This document shows positions 1 to 14,642 of a stretch of DNA of 64,000 bases, piece after piece. The stretch is from Eledone cirrhosa (taxonomy: Eukaryota), in contig OZ024746.1 of the NCBI GenBank assembly GCA_964016885.1, positions 27,280,001 through 27,344,000 on the forward strand, read 5' to 3'. How positions within the stretch are numbered: the stretch's first letter is position 1; the number at the start of each line of letters is the position of its first letter. The notes beneath the pieces are model-generated. The model worked only from the letters and a program-made list of their open reading frames with translations, did not search any database and had not been told where the DNA came from. The translations under genes were made by a program, and so were the position numbers.

Positions 1-60
1 TTACTCTTTTACCTGTTTCAGCCATCCGGCTGAGGCCATGCTGGGGCACCGCCCTTCATT
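1..60. mobile_element. SINE-like interspersed repeat fragment (cut by window edge)
   Basis: ggccatgctggggcaccgcc motif; a related gccatgctggagcatcacc occurs at ~14723. Confidence 0.4.
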
Positions 61-254
61 GGAGTGTAGTGGGCTCATTTTATACTTTTAGCGCTGTAAG
101 TATATAGATATTTATTTAACTATGTTGGCATCTAGGTACAATTGTTTTGCCAGGGGTCTGTTTCAGATTTTCACTGTGACAGACTTATTTCATCATCCTA
201 TATTATCTTGTAAAAATCTGAAACAAACGGCTAGTGACACTATAGTAGGTATAA

Positions 255-257
<3 letters not shown>

Positions 258-349
<92 letters not shown>

Positions 350-370
350 TTCTATCTAGCTATCTATCTA
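258..370. repeat. (TATC)n microsatellite
   Basis: direct reading. Confidence 0.95.
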
Positions 371-380
371 TTCTCTCTCT

Positions 381-908
381 AGCCGATTCGATTGACCGCC
401 GAGTCCGTGATGACAATCAAGCCGCCTCCCCTCTTCACAAAGGAGGCAAAGGCGGTTTTTCTGTGCGTAATAGCCATGTTGAAAGAGGTTGTTTGGTGGA
501 CACGATTGAAAGCTCTGAGGTCAGGCAACTTCCTCTCTGGCCATAGTCTGGTCTACTTCTTCCGATATCACTTCGGAAGAAGGATAAGAATGGAGAGAGA
601 GGTGTTTGGCCACAGGCAGTTTTATGAAAGACGGGTGATAGTGACGAGAATGGCTCGTGTAAATGGGCCTTCTCTGTATACCATCCTGTAGGTAAAGAAG
701 TGAAGGAGAGGGGAGCACCTTCTCCATGTGCTCCCCGGGCAAAGGATTGCACACTTTTTCGGGGGTGTGTGCAACCCCCATCACGTCCCCTCTCTTTTGA
801 GGTTGTTTTCGATTATTTTCATTTTATACCCTTTTTACTCGGTTTTATGTAAACTCCCCCTTTGTATTTGTCCCTTCTTTTTATGCCTTTATGGTAAATA
901 AAGAAATA
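381..908 (+). mobile_element. 5'-truncated Tx1-clade LINE copy (ORF2 C-terminus + 3'UTR)
   Basis: ORF 392-691 (IKPPPLF..VFLCVIAMLKEVVWWTRLK) matches 36595-36894; 3'UTR matches 36895-37158; 20-bp TSD tatctatctattctctctct at 361-380 and 909-928. Confidence 0.9.
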
Positions 909-1337
909 TATCTATCTATTCTCTCTCTCTTTCTTTCTCTCTTTCTCTTTCTCTCTCACTCTCTCTCTGTCTGACTGTCTGTCTGTCTTTCTCTCTCTCT
1001 CTGTATATATATATATATTCATGTGTGTTGTGTGTGTGTATGTGTGCGTGCGTGTGTGTATGTATGTGTGCGCGCGCGTGTGTGTGTGTATGTGTGTGCG
1101 TGCGTGTGTGTGTGTATGTGTGTGTATGTGTGCGTGTGCGTGTGTGTGCGGGCATACACATACATACGCGACTCTAGACCGGAGAGATAGAGGCGGCGAA
1201 AAACCAATTTCAGAAGAAATACCGGATATATCGAGCGATTGTACGATCGACAAATCGCCTGGATTGTATGGTCTACTCTACGAACCGGCGGTGGTGGAGG
1301 TGGTAAAAGTGATGGTGATTATGACGACGGCGACTAC

Positions 1338-1374
<37 letters not shown>

Positions 1375-2347
1375 GTGGTGATTAGGATGGTGATGATGAT
1401 AGTGATGGTAGAAATAGTGAAAGTGGTCGGTAGGAGGTTGATGGTAGGGTTTTCTGATGGTAATAATTGCAGGAATCGATAGCTAAATTAGAGAATATTA
1501 ATGTTAATTAAGAAACGAGGCCGTAGTTGTGATGTCAACAATTTCAAAGAGATATTAGAGAAAAGAGGAACTAAAGCCACAATAGTGCAATTTTAAATAC
1601 ATTATTGATTTCTAGCTTAAAGAAAACCTAACAGCTGACGACCTAGAGAAAAATATCCAGGGACACGTTCTGTAGGAAAATCGAACGGTAAGTTTCAATG
1701 CTGATTAGTTTAATGTAGTAAGTACGTCAATAAATCTTAATTAATATTTGAGATAGTCACTTCTAAGTTTCTTTAACAGAATTGCTCATTCAACTGATAT
1801 TACTTTCTCCTCGCCACTAATTAATTAAAATGTCTTCGTTTATTACATTAAATGTGTAAATACTTACATTGCCGGACAGAAGATAGGCGATTTCATAGTG
1901 CTTGTTTTCCATAACATATCAAGGTGTCAGTAGATCTCGTGAGATCAAGGAGCTACACATGAGTACTGCTGGTTTGGGTAAAGTTTATATTCTTATTTCT
2001 ATGGAAGATTGGTGAATGTTCAACCACGCAAGTCCCCCTTCCATTAATATAGTCCAAGGAAAATACAAAGATATACGTTGATAATCAGTTATGGTGCAGG
2101 TGAACTGGGAAAGGTGGATATAGCTAGGTAACAATGATGCTACAGGGGAAGTGGGAACGGTGGATATAGATAAGTAACAATGTAGGTGATCTGGGAAAGG
2201 AAATGGTAAAATGAGGTACCGCAAGCATCATGGCTAACGTTTCTACAATATAAATGTTTATAACTGATTCAGAGCACTCGACAGTTTTCCGGAGTATAAT
2301 ATTCAATGATATTAAATAAATGGAAACTATATTTATAAAACCATATT

Positions 2348-2407
2348 TATTCTATTATATATATTTCAAGGTACCAAAACTTTGGTACGCTTTCATCAGA
2401 TAAAATA
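2348..2407 (-). ncRNA. Type I hammerhead ribozyme motif (family A)
   Basis: Minus strand: tattttat-CTGATGA-aagcgtaccaaagttttggtacctt-GAAA-tatata-TA-atagaata; stems I and II pair, stem III palindromic. Confidence 0.75.
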
Positions 2408-2470
2408 CAAAGTTTGTTTTATTAAGGTATCTTTTCTTGGTTATGTCAAAATTTACAAAACAAACTTTGC

Positions 2471-2529
2471 ATTTTATCTGATGAAAGCGTACCAAAGTTT
2501 TGGTACCCTTGAAATATATATAATGGAAT
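2471..2529 (+). ncRNA. Type I hammerhead ribozyme motif (family A)
   Basis: attttat-CTGATGA(2478)-aagcgtaccaaagttttggtaccctt-GAAA(2511)-tatata-TA-atggaat; stem I 7 bp including two G:U. Confidence 0.75.
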
Positions 2530-2567
2530 AAATATGGTTTTATAAATAAAGTTTCCATTTATTTAAT

Positions 2568-3169
<602 letters not shown>

Positions 3170-3189
3170 AATGAAATAAATTGATATAG

Positions 3190-3248
<59 letters not shown>

Positions 3249-3279
3249 TAGATAGATACATACATACATACATAGCTTA

Positions 3280-3830
3280 CGTCACAGTGGCTGGAAATTT
3301 TGTTGGAACCTCATTAGGGTCTCAGTATAATCATCTCTCATTCCTTCGGCCAACCTTTTGCTCCCGATCAAAGTTTTTCTCATCAGAGAAAATATCAAAT
3401 CATTCCAGGCTCTTGATGTTTCAACTTGCTTAAGAAGCGTTTTTGCGTGGATCAGACGCCTATCATTTGTCTCTGTAGACAAGAATTAGCCTCTTCTACT
3501 GAAAACTTGTGCTCATTAGAATTGACGCTAATTAACTTTCTGGGGTCCTTATCGATAATTTTCAAAGCCTTTCGTACAAAATTTCGTGTTCTGATGACAT
3601 TAGGATTCTTAGAAAACGCATAAGTTTGGTTATTGCTGTAGACACACTGTCAGCGGTATATAAAGCTTTACGAACTTTCAGGAAGCGAGCAATCTCTAAA
3701 TTATCATGCTCTGCCATTAAGCCAACGATTACAGCGAACTTTATCATTTGCGCCTTTAGCTTGATGTCTGTCATCATTTATCTGAAAAGAAATGATAATC
3801 AGAACAAGTTAGAAAAAAGTTAGAGCTGTT
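3280..3830 (-). pseudogene. Decayed Tc1/mariner-superfamily transposase fragment
   Basis: Minus-strand pieces AVIVGLMAEHDNLEIARFLKVRK (HTH-like), RRLIHAKTLL and FSDEKNFDREQKV (first catalytic D); frameshifted. Confidence 0.7.
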
Positions 3831-3887
3831 AAAACTTGTATATATGCATACATACATACATACACACACATATATATATATATACAT

Positions 3888-3956
<69 letters not shown>

Positions 3957-4067
3957 CACATACACACACATACACACATATATATATGCATATACACATA
4001 CACACATATATATGCATATACACGTACACACAAGCACACATACATATGTATGTGTGTGTATGTATGC

Positions 4068-4209
<142 letters not shown>

Positions 4210-5032
4210 GTATATATATATATATAAAGCACCATGTTACACGGAAATGGACGCTAGTATAGATAGTTAAATGTAATTAAGAATTCAGAAGCTGAGAAAT
4301 ATAGAACAAGTTTAACGAGTGTGAAGCCATAGAAGGAATAGCCTGTTGAAAGAATTGATTATCCTCCCACCACACACATAATTATACACATACACATATA
4401 CACACACGAGTATGATAGATAAAACGGGGAATTGATTGATTGAAAGAAAGTGCCTGGACTACAGAAATAACAAATGGAAAGGGGAGGAGAAGTAGAGGGA
4501 GGTGGAAGAAGAGAAGAAGAAAGGGAAGAAGAAAAAGAAGAAGAAAAAGAAGAAGAAAATGAAGAAGAACAGAAGAAGAAGAAGAAGAAGAAGAAGAAGA
4601 AGAAGAAGAAGAAGAAGAAGAAGAAGAAGAAAGAGTAGGAGGAAGAATCAAAGAGAATATTAAAAATCAATGAGTAAAATAATGTGGTTATTTAATCACA
4701 AGTTTTATTGATAGGAGTAAATTAATGGTAAACACAAACTAGAAAATTTTCTAAGAACTTTCGAGGCCTTCTCAGAATTATTTGCATTGTTAAAGAAGAT
4801 GAAAAATATTTATTGTCGTATTGGCATTTCATAAAGAGTAATTCCAGTATTTCGCTCTTACCTTTTATCTTTTAAGTACAATTGTTTAATATAGAACTCA
4901 TATCAACGGTTCGAACAAAAGAAAATTATCCTTTAATAGCAAAACTACAAATGAATGTTATATACATAAATACACAGACAGACACAGACACACACACACA
5001 CACACACACTCACACACACACACACGCGCACG

Positions 5033-5135
<103 letters not shown>

Positions 5136-5361
5136 ACACTCACAAACACACATAAACACACATAGAGACACGCACATATATATAGACATACACCTGAATA
5201 TACATATATACATGCATACACATATGCACGCACAACACATACAACACACACATCTATACATATTCATATATATGTATATATACATATATGTACTCATCAA
5301 TTTGGTGGTGGGATGATAACGATGAAGCAAAGTCAGCGTAATGAGATAACCAATTTCGTAC

Positions 5362-5468
<107 letters not shown>

Positions 5469-5824
5469 CGATGCTCACACACACAAACACGTATTGACAC
5501 ATTCTGATATACACAAACTGTTATGCGCAAACAGCGACGCCCACACTGACACACACACACATACTGACAGACACATGAACACACACACACACACACACAA
5601 GCTGACGGACACATAACAAACGCACATACACATTGGTAATAAAGTCTAACGAAACAAGTGGAGATTACTTCCAATTAAATGTAATATGATAAATTAATTT
5701 GTTTTTATTTTCCCACCGAAAGCGATCTTGGCGACAACTAAAATGGCATCTATTCATATTTTAACTTTAGCAATTATAACTTCCAACCAAACTTCCAGCC
5801 TGATTGCTTTTATAGATGTTCTTA

Positions 5825-6115
5825 TTGATTATATCTGTGAAGGTGCGTCTCTTAGATGTTGAGGTGTTTAGCTCATGATCGTAAGGATATGAGTCTGATT
5901 CCAAGATATTTTATTACATGTTGTTCCAGTCAACTCAGCTGGAAAAATGAGTTGAAACTTATTCAAAAGGCCCTCCTTGTCACACACTGTCTTACACCAA
6001 ATGTCTTTGAGAATTGCGTTAAGGGTTACAATCGTCTGGGAAATGCTCGCCAGCAAGCTGCTCCGTTGATCAAACAATTGGAACACTCGTCGTCGAAACA
6101 GAGGAATATCCAACA
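5825..6115 (+). mobile_element. Degenerate tRNA-derived SINE (second family)
   Basis: tRNA-like head; body related to 30355-30665, 45240-45450 and 46380-46620. Confidence 0.5.
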
Positions 6116-6124
6116 AAGTAGATT

Positions 6125-6525
6125 ATTGACATAGATACTGATCTACATTGACAGCTGTCACTGAATGATTGATCTTGAGACATAGTTATTGATCTTTATA
6201 GACACCAGTCACTGAACGATGGACCTTGAGACATAGTTATTGATCTTTATAGACACCAGTCACTGAACGATGGACCTTGAGACATAGTTATTGATCTTTA
6301 TTGACATCTGTCACTGAACGATGTTGAGACAGGGTTACTGATCTCTATTGACATCTGTCATTGAACGATGTTGAGATATGGTTACTGATCTCTATTGACA
6401 TCTGTCACTGAACGATGTTGAGACAGAGTTACTAATCTCTATTGACATCTGTCACTGAACGATGTTGAGACATAGTTACTAATCAATATTGACATCTGTC
6501 ATTGAACGATTGACCTTGAGACATG
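6125..6525. repeat. 47/51-bp minisatellite, ~8 copies
   Basis: Unit cactgaacgatgttgagacatagttactgatctctattgacatctgt, recurring at ~6159, 6210, 6261, 6312, 6359, 6406, 6453, 6500. Confidence 0.9.
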
Positions 6526-7619
6526 GCGAAATTACATAAATACATTCAAACGTTTCAAGCAATGCCTTAGCATAACATTTTCCTTACTATATCTCTAATG
6601 AAAGACACTTCCGATCATTTTCAAATATTATTATGAAGGATACTGCCTCCAGATTAATATTTTATTTATCAACCCTCGAAAGGATCAAAAGGAAAAATTG
6701 AGCTGATGGGATTTGAACTGAGAGTGAAGAGAGCCGGATGAGATACTACAAAGCATCCTGTGTGACGTTTCAGCAATCTCCCTTATCCATTGCCATCGGA
6801 CAGGTGAAATATTTATTGAATTATAATGGATAAAAGACAAAGTTGATTTCGACGAGATTTGAACTCAGGGCGTAGTGAAACCAGAACAAATACCACAGCA
6901 TTCATTTCGATACTTTAACGACTCGGCAAAATCACACAAAGTAAGATAGCATAAATTCGTATTCTGAAAATCTAGTTTGTAAGGATGTACTCTGCAATGA
7001 TGTAATGTGTATTCTATAGAACATGTTGGTCACTAACAAAGCATGCAGTTTACTGGGTAGAAATAATGATAATAATAACAAAAACGAATTCAAGATGAAA
7101 GACATATAATATAGGTAGTAACATGCTGAAAATGTTTGGTGGCAGAAGTAAAGTTTTATGCTGAATATTTCATCAAACATCACTGAATGGATTAAAAGCA
7201 AATTGAAACGAGCAGTTTTTATAGTGAGAAATCGACTCTGTTTAATGCATGTAATAGAGTAATCACGTTGAGTTGGATGTGAGCAGAATAATGGTCATTA
7301 GAAATTAATTTCCTGCTAAGAAGTTAATGCTTTTGCACAATCAGTGGGAGGCGATGTTTGGCTGTTTAATAATAAAATACGTTTATCGTCCTCCCTCCCC
7401 CTACAACCTGTATCGCCATGTAAAGCTATTCATGAATCGCCATTTCTTCATTTATATTCCTTAACACTTTCTGACGTTTGAATATATAATGAAATGCTGT
7501 TAGGGTGGCTGAAACCTCCTATTACCCATTTCCTTTGCCAGTTGATCAATGTCAAACACATCTCTGACATAAAGCCGTTTGGGTACTAAAACTACTTAGT
7601 AGCTCCTAAATTCTCTATA

Positions 7620-8548
7620 TGTTACCCCCCCCCACATCAATACCCCCCCCCCCCACACACACACCAGAACCACCATCACCGCTACCACCACCACCACCAC
7701 TACCAGCACCACCATTACTACTACCACCACTACCACCACCACCATCACCACCACCACTATTACCACCACCATTAAAAACACCCCTCAATGCTACAACAAT
7801 CATTAACACCAACACCACCATCATCCCTCCCCCCACTACCCTCATCATCACCGCCACCACCACCACCACCACAACTCTCCACTATTACTACCAACACTGC
7901 TACCACTAACAATACCCCCCCCCCCCCCACACCACCACTACTACTACTACCACCACCACCATTAACAACACCCCCCTCAATGCTACAACCATCAATAACA
8001 CCAGCACCACCACCATCACCACCACCACCACCATTACCACCACCACCACCTCCAATACCACCATCACAACCACCACCACCACCACCATCACAACCTTCCA
8101 CTATTACCACCAACACTGCTACCACTAACAATACCCCCGACCCCCCACCACCACTACTACTACCACCACCATTAACACCCCCCCCCTCAATGCTACAACC
8201 ATCAATAACACCAGCACCACCACCATCACCTCCACCACCACCACCACCACCACCACCACCACAACCTTCCACTATTACCACCAACACTGCTACCACTAAC
8301 AATACCCCACCCCCACCACCACTACTACTACTACCACCACCATTAACAACCCCCCCCCCCTTCAATGCTACAACCATCAATAACACCAGCACCACCACCA
8401 TCACCTCCACCACCACCATTACCACCAACACCACCTCCAATACCACCATCACAACCACCACAACCTTCCACTATTCCACCACCACAACCTTCCACTATTA
8501 CCACCAACACTGCTACCACTAACAATACCCCCCTCCCTAACCATTACT

Positions 8549-8579
<31 letters not shown>

Positions 8580-8580
8580 G
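7620..8580. repeat. (CCA)n-derived compound minisatellite
   Basis: Repeated blocks tcaatgctacaaccatcaataacacc and accaacactgctaccactaacaatacccc at ~190-210 bp spacing. Confidence 0.85.
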
Positions 8581-8911
8581 CAGTAACAATTCAGCTATGC
8601 CTTTTGTAACTAATTTCATCATTTAGTGTAAACCCTGAGGCTGACAGATTTCAACAGTTTGTTAACTGAACGAGTGTAGTGTTAATACTTAGTTGTAGCC
8701 TGAAAATAAACGTGGAGTGTAGTAGACACTATGAATCACTTGATCTTCTTCAAATCAATTCTGATACAACGTTACATTCTAAAGATGTATGGAAGACAAT
8801 TGGAACAAAATCTTCCGGAGAGGCGCTGATGTCGTTTTTTGTTGAGAATCATGTTAACACTTAAACTCAATACCTGAACCACAAACTCAAAGGTATCTCA
8901 TCCACGCGAAT

Positions 8912-9528
8912 CTCTTCTTCTTCTTCTTCTTCTTCTTCTTCTTCTTCTTCTTCTTCTTCTTCTTCTTCTTCTTCTTCTTCTTCTTCTTCTTCTTCTTCTT
9001 CTTCTTCTTCTTCTTCTTCTTCTTCTTCTTCTCCCACCCTTCTTCTTCTTCTTCTTCTTCTTCTTCTTCTTCTTCTTCATTCTTCTTCTTCTTCTTCTTC
9101 TTCTTCTTCTTCTTCTTCTTCTTCTTCTTCTTCTTCTTCTTCTTCCTTCTTCTTCTTCTTCTTCTTCTTCTTCTTCTTCTTCTTCTCCCACCCTCCTCCT
9201 CCTTCTTCTTCTTCTTCTTCTCTTCTTCTTCTTCTTCTTCTTCTTCTTCTCTTCTTCTTCTTCTCCCACCCTCCTCCTCCTTCTTCTTCTTCTTCTTCTT
9301 CTTCTTCTTCTTCTTCTTCTTCTTCTTCTTCTTCTTCTTCTTCTTCTTCTTCTTCTTCTTCTTCTTCTTCTTCTTCTCTTCTTCTTCTCCCACCCTTCTT
9401 CTTCTTCTTCTTCTTCTTCTTCTTCTTCTTCTTCTTCTTCTTCTTCTTCTTCTTCTTCTTCTTCTTCTTCTTCTCTTCTTCTTCTTCTTCTTCTTCTTCT
9501 TCTTCTTCTTCTTCTTCTTCTTCTTCCT
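8912..9528. repeat. (TTC)n microsatellite with recurring ctcccaccct interruptions
   Basis: direct reading. Confidence 0.95.
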
Positions 9529-9679
9529 CCAGAGAGGTTCAGGGGAACAGAGTCATTCTGACCGTCTTTTGAAATAGAATCCTTGACTAAATATTTCATA
9601 GACATTCCTATTCTAGATAAAGGGCCATAACTGTATGTGTAAAGCATGCGTCTGATCCTCTACCAAATCTAGACAATTA

Positions 9680-9775
9680 ATTGTTTCTACTTTTGGCACA
9701 AGCCCAGCAATTATCCCAGTGCATTACTGGTACTTTATTTTATCGACCCCGTAAGGATGAAAGGCAAAGTTAATG
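9680..9775 (-). mobile_element. tRNA-derived SINE, partial
   Basis: tactggtactttattttatcgaccccgtaaggatgaaaggcaaag core shared with other copies. Confidence 0.85.
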
Positions 9776-9977
9776 CGATGGATTGCGGAATTTTTAAAGA
9801 GTTAAACAGAAAGATTTGTGGCATCTGATCAGATTCTATACTTTCTGAGTTCAAATCCCACATCTTTCTGCAAGGATATGTGTATATAGCAGGAGATAAT
9901 ATCAGCAATGGAAGTATGATTCCATTGTGCGATTGACAGCCAGCTCCTTACCTGTTATAAATCTTATGGTACAATTA

Positions 9978-10560
9978 ATACATACATACATGGTGGCTGC
10001 CAACTCGTTTTCGAGTACGGCCACTACTTTATATCCACGTAGGAGAACCCCTACCGATACGCTGAACGAGTGTGACTTTTAGTCCAGCAGCGACTTGAAA
10101 ACTCTGGTACAAACACTACACTTGTGACAATTATTGACACATAGTGCTGGGCCATGGTACCATGTGACGACAAGTGCAGAGAGATCTCCAGATATAAAGG
10201 CAATGCCTGTGCGTGAAGCTTTTATAAGGCTCTGCACAAGCCAGTCCCACTCTCTTAACCAAGATGATATTTACCAAAAGAAGAACAAGTCAACATCATT
10301 GGATACCATTAGGGTTGCAGGTGTTATATCAGAGTTTCCTTCTCCTAGAATTCTGTCTTGACAAAGGCTAAGGGGTCATCTCTCCCGGTGATTTGATGGC
10401 CAGAGCTCCTTTGCCCTTTGACAGGTTTTGTTTTTAGTCCAAAGTCACCCTCCTCACCAAGAAACCTTGGTGGGGTTGCCAGTTTAGTCGCCAACAACCC
10501 GACCATCAGACAGGTTGTACTGGGATACATGTTACCAGTAGCAACAACTGGTGACCTGGC
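9978..10560 (-). mobile_element. Short non-autonomous RTE-derived element (5'UTR-like head + RTE 3' end)
   Basis: Minus-strand 3' end tggccgtactcgaaaacgagttggcagccaccatgtatg matches the RTE 3' end at 21505-21540; (TATG)n on both sides; no RT ORF. Confidence 0.75.
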
Positions 10561-11023
10561 ATACATACAGACATACATACAGACACACACACACACACAC
10601 ACACACTCACACACACACACACACACCCACACACACACATATATATATATATATAAACGTAGACATGGAACAATAATTGTTTCACTATATGGAATTTCCA
10701 CAGCAAAATATGCTATGCTATTGTTATATTAGTGAATCTTTCTTCTGAGAATGCTAAGCATCACACGCTGTGACAAATGTATTCATGCACACACGTAAAG
10801 ACAAAATCCATCTCCCTCTGATATTACTATCAAAGGACCAGATTGAAACTATTGTTGTTGTCCTCACATGTAGCAATCAATATTTAGAACGATGTGTACA
10901 TAGTATAGATAACAAAGAAATTACGAATTTGTTCAAGTAAAAGAATTCTGATACATCTAGACGACAGGAATATAGCACAGAAAATAGAGAAAAACGCGAG
11001 AGGGATAGGGAATATATATATAT

Positions 11024-11073
<50 letters not shown>

Positions 11074-11150
11074 CATACATACACATATAACGGGCAATAG
11101 TAAAGTATGTTCATGTATGTTGTGACATGTATCATATCAATCAATCTGCT

Positions 11151-11195
<45 letters not shown>

Positions 11196-11234
11196 GTATA
11201 TAACTACACACATATATATATATATATATATATA

Positions 11235-11297
<63 letters not shown>

Positions 11298-11302
11298 TAA
11301 CT

Positions 11303-11377
<75 letters not shown>

Positions 11378-11662
11378 TATATATCATATATAAGCATGTT
11401 GCCAGCTACATCAAATAACATACCTACCCCAAGACAGAACCCACCCAGAGAATCAGTCTCAATCAAAGGAAAAGAAAACTCAGGATAAAAATCTCTTTTC
11501 TTTCCATTTTGCCTCAAGATATATTATTTCTGTATTCTTTATGACATAATAGCAATCACATCACAGAGAAAAAGTAAAAAAGTAAAATAATATATTGGAT
11601 ATATGATGCTCATACGGCATGCAAATGAGAATGTCAAAACTTTATATGCATATATATATATT

Positions 11663-11722
<60 letters not shown>

Positions 11723-11886
11723 AACATGCAACCATACATATATATGTGTGTGTGTGAGTGTGTGAGTGTGTGTGTGTGGGGGGGGGGGTATGTATATACA
11801 GATAGTCATGAGATATGTCATCGACTAAGAAGCCAGAGAGAGACGATGTCATCTGTCGAAATTCACTACCCGAGGAGGATATACGT

Positions 11887-11919
<33 letters not shown>

Positions 11920-11957
11920 CACATGTGTATATATACGCATGTGTATATATACACATG

Positions 11958-12046
<89 letters not shown>

Positions 12047-12055
12047 GTGTATATG

Positions 12056-12157
<102 letters not shown>

Positions 12158-12453
12158 AGTAATAATATATATATGTGTGAGTGTATGTGTGTGAATATTC
12201 GTATTTGGGTAAACTAGATGCGAGAGTAGAAATCTAATGGCAGAACGGAGTACCCAAAATGAGTGACATGAAAAGCTTTCACTGAGGAAGACAAGTAAAA
12301 AAATCCGATATGGCAGGTTCATTATAGGAGATAGAAAAATAGACATATTGATTGATCTATCGTGTTCTGTTGTCAGCAACATAAATAACTGTAAAACACA
12401 ACATAGAAGTAATATGGAGACACTAACACTGATATATAACTTGGCACATGAAT

Positions 12454-12542
<89 letters not shown>

Positions 12543-12565
12543 TATATATATATATATAAATACAA

Positions 12566-12741
<176 letters not shown>

Positions 12742-13069
12742 ATACATATATATATACATATATATATATATATATGTATATATATATGTATATATATGTA
12801 TATATTTATATATATATATATGTATATATTAGAAAGTGAAGTTTTTTTTACAAAATGAAAAATACACGAGTGAAAGTATAAAGAAAAAAAGATAAAATCG
12901 AAAATGCAACTGGAGTCTTATTTAACAAAAAAAAAAAAATATTTATTTGGTTCCTTATCCGGTTTCGCAGTGCTTCTGCTTTTCAAAAGTAGAGTTGAGA
13001 TGGAGGGTATGTGGTTTTTCTCGCATCTCTCTCTCTCTATATATATGTATATTTCTCACATATATATAC

Positions 13070-13149
<80 letters not shown>

Positions 13150-13151
<2 letters not shown>

Positions 13152-13976
13152 AATCATGTTCTTAGAATTATTAGATAAAATATATACCATTTCCTCTTGC
13201 CAATTAGCATAATTAACCATATAAAAAATCAATTAGACCAAGCTATAAGGAGAAAAGCTCTTATGAAGAAATCTCCGCAAATAACCGAAAGTGGCCTCTT
13301 CGCGGTGGCCCCAATAGAGTATTTATCCAACATTTCGACAGCATGTAGAAACTGACTAAATATACCATCAACCATACACAATTAGGTGTAAAATTAAACT
13401 TAGAAGAAATGTGTAGATACCGTAATTATATCTCTACCATGGTTTCATCCGTATTTTTAGACATCCAATTAATAGGAATGTCCTGAGTTAGGATTCATCA
13501 GGAGACAAACTCAAAATCAGACATTTAGTTTTCCAACTTGATCGCGCCAAAATTAGATTCAAAAATGGCTAAGAATCGCTATGTGGCTGTGGTCAAGCTA
13601 GAAAGAATGTGATTGGTTGCTTACGGCGGGTAGGCTTGTTGCTAGAAAGCGCAGCCAAATATCGCCAAATTGAATCTCAACCTAACGGGAGATTATTAAA
13701 TATAAAGGTTTACATATACATAAAGTTATAGATATATATGCTGCAACCGGTCACTTTTTGGCTCTATGAAGAATTAATAAATTAAATAATCAGAGCAATA
13801 TATCATAAATCACGTCCTTAGAATTATTAGATAAAATATATACCATTTCCTCTTCCAATTAGCATAATTATGATATATTGCTCTCATTATTTAATTTATT
13901 AATTCTTCATAGGGCCAAAAAGTGACCGGTTGCAGCATATATATCTATAACTTTATGTATATGTAAACCTTTATAT
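13150..13976 (-). mobile_element. Fold-back hammerhead element, family D
   Basis: ~65-bp direct repeat 13151-13215 / 13807-13870; 109-bp inverted arms 13700-13808 / 13868-13976; (TA)n both sides. Confidence 0.75.
13429..13507 (-). ncRNA. Type I hammerhead ribozyme motif (family D)
   Basis: Minus strand: tgtctc-CTGATGA-atcc...ggat-GAAAC-catg-GTA-gagata; palindromic stem III accatggt. Confidence 0.85.
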
Positions 13977-14009
13977 ATATATATATATTTATATACATAT
14001 ATATATATA

Positions 14010-14068
14010 GGAACGAGTAGGACCCCGACGGCTGAGCTCAAGCCGTTTCGACGGCTAATTCTGGACTC
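14010..14068 (-). mobile_element. Family B fragment (3' half of hammerhead)
   Basis: ggaacgagtaggaccccgacggctgagctcaagccgtttcgacggctaattctggact between (TA)n tracts; matches 60207-60264. Confidence 0.85.
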
Positions 14069-14453
14069 ATATATATATATATATATGGTTGTGAAGATGT
14101 GAAGAGAACGACAGAACCACGCAACAATAGCTGCCCCCTGCGCCATATCGTGAAACACAATGTCAGAATATCCTGACACTAACAATAACACAGACACACT
14201 CACGCACACACGCCCCCCCCCCCCCCCTCACACACACACAGACACCCACACTCACACACACATATATACACACACATATATATATATAAAAATATACATA
14301 AGTTAGTGCATTAACTTTTAACTATACATATACTGTACTTTCCCTAGTATTGAGTACTAAGTTGAATATGGTCTTACTAGTCTAACTGTTAACTGCCAAT
14401 CTCTCTCTCTTTCTCTCTCTATCTATCTATATTTCTTTCTTTCTATATATATA

Positions 14454-14642
14454 ATTGTTTCTACTTTTGGCACAATGCCAGCAAATTACCCAGTACATTA
14501 CTGGTACTTTATTTTATCGCTCCCGTAAGGATGAATGGCAAAGTTAACCTCGGCGGGATTTGAACTCAGACCGTAAAGGGACGTAACTATGCTGGAAAGC
14601 ATGGCGTCCGACTCTCTAACGATACTGCCAATCCACTGCCCT
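14454..14642 (-). mobile_element. tRNA-derived SINE (Meta-domain-like core), full length
   Basis: A-box-like tggcagtatcg, B-box gagttcaaatccc, core gccattcatccttacgggagcgataaaataaagtaccag (two changes from the family consensus). Confidence 0.9.

Larger units (their letters stand above)
2240..2571. mobile_element. Fold-back hammerhead element, family A (Penelope-like/retrozyme-type, non-coding)
   Basis: Inverted arms ~2311-2420 and ~2457-2569; left tail related to 41708-41797 and 57378-57466; ends in (TA)n. Confidence 0.75.

Noticed and set aside
3340-3395. CTGATGA on the minus strand as a hammerhead core
   Set aside because: It encodes the FSDEK motif of the Tc1-like transposase; no stem II-GAAA follows
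6125-6525. CRISPR-like array
   Set aside because: Contiguous degenerate tandem units without spacers
7596-8550. Proline-rich, extensin- or formin-like ORFs
   Set aside because: C-rich minisatellite with variable C runs that break frame between units; no flanking domain
8887-9647. Poly-K/R/E ORFs
   Set aside because: Translation of (TTC)n
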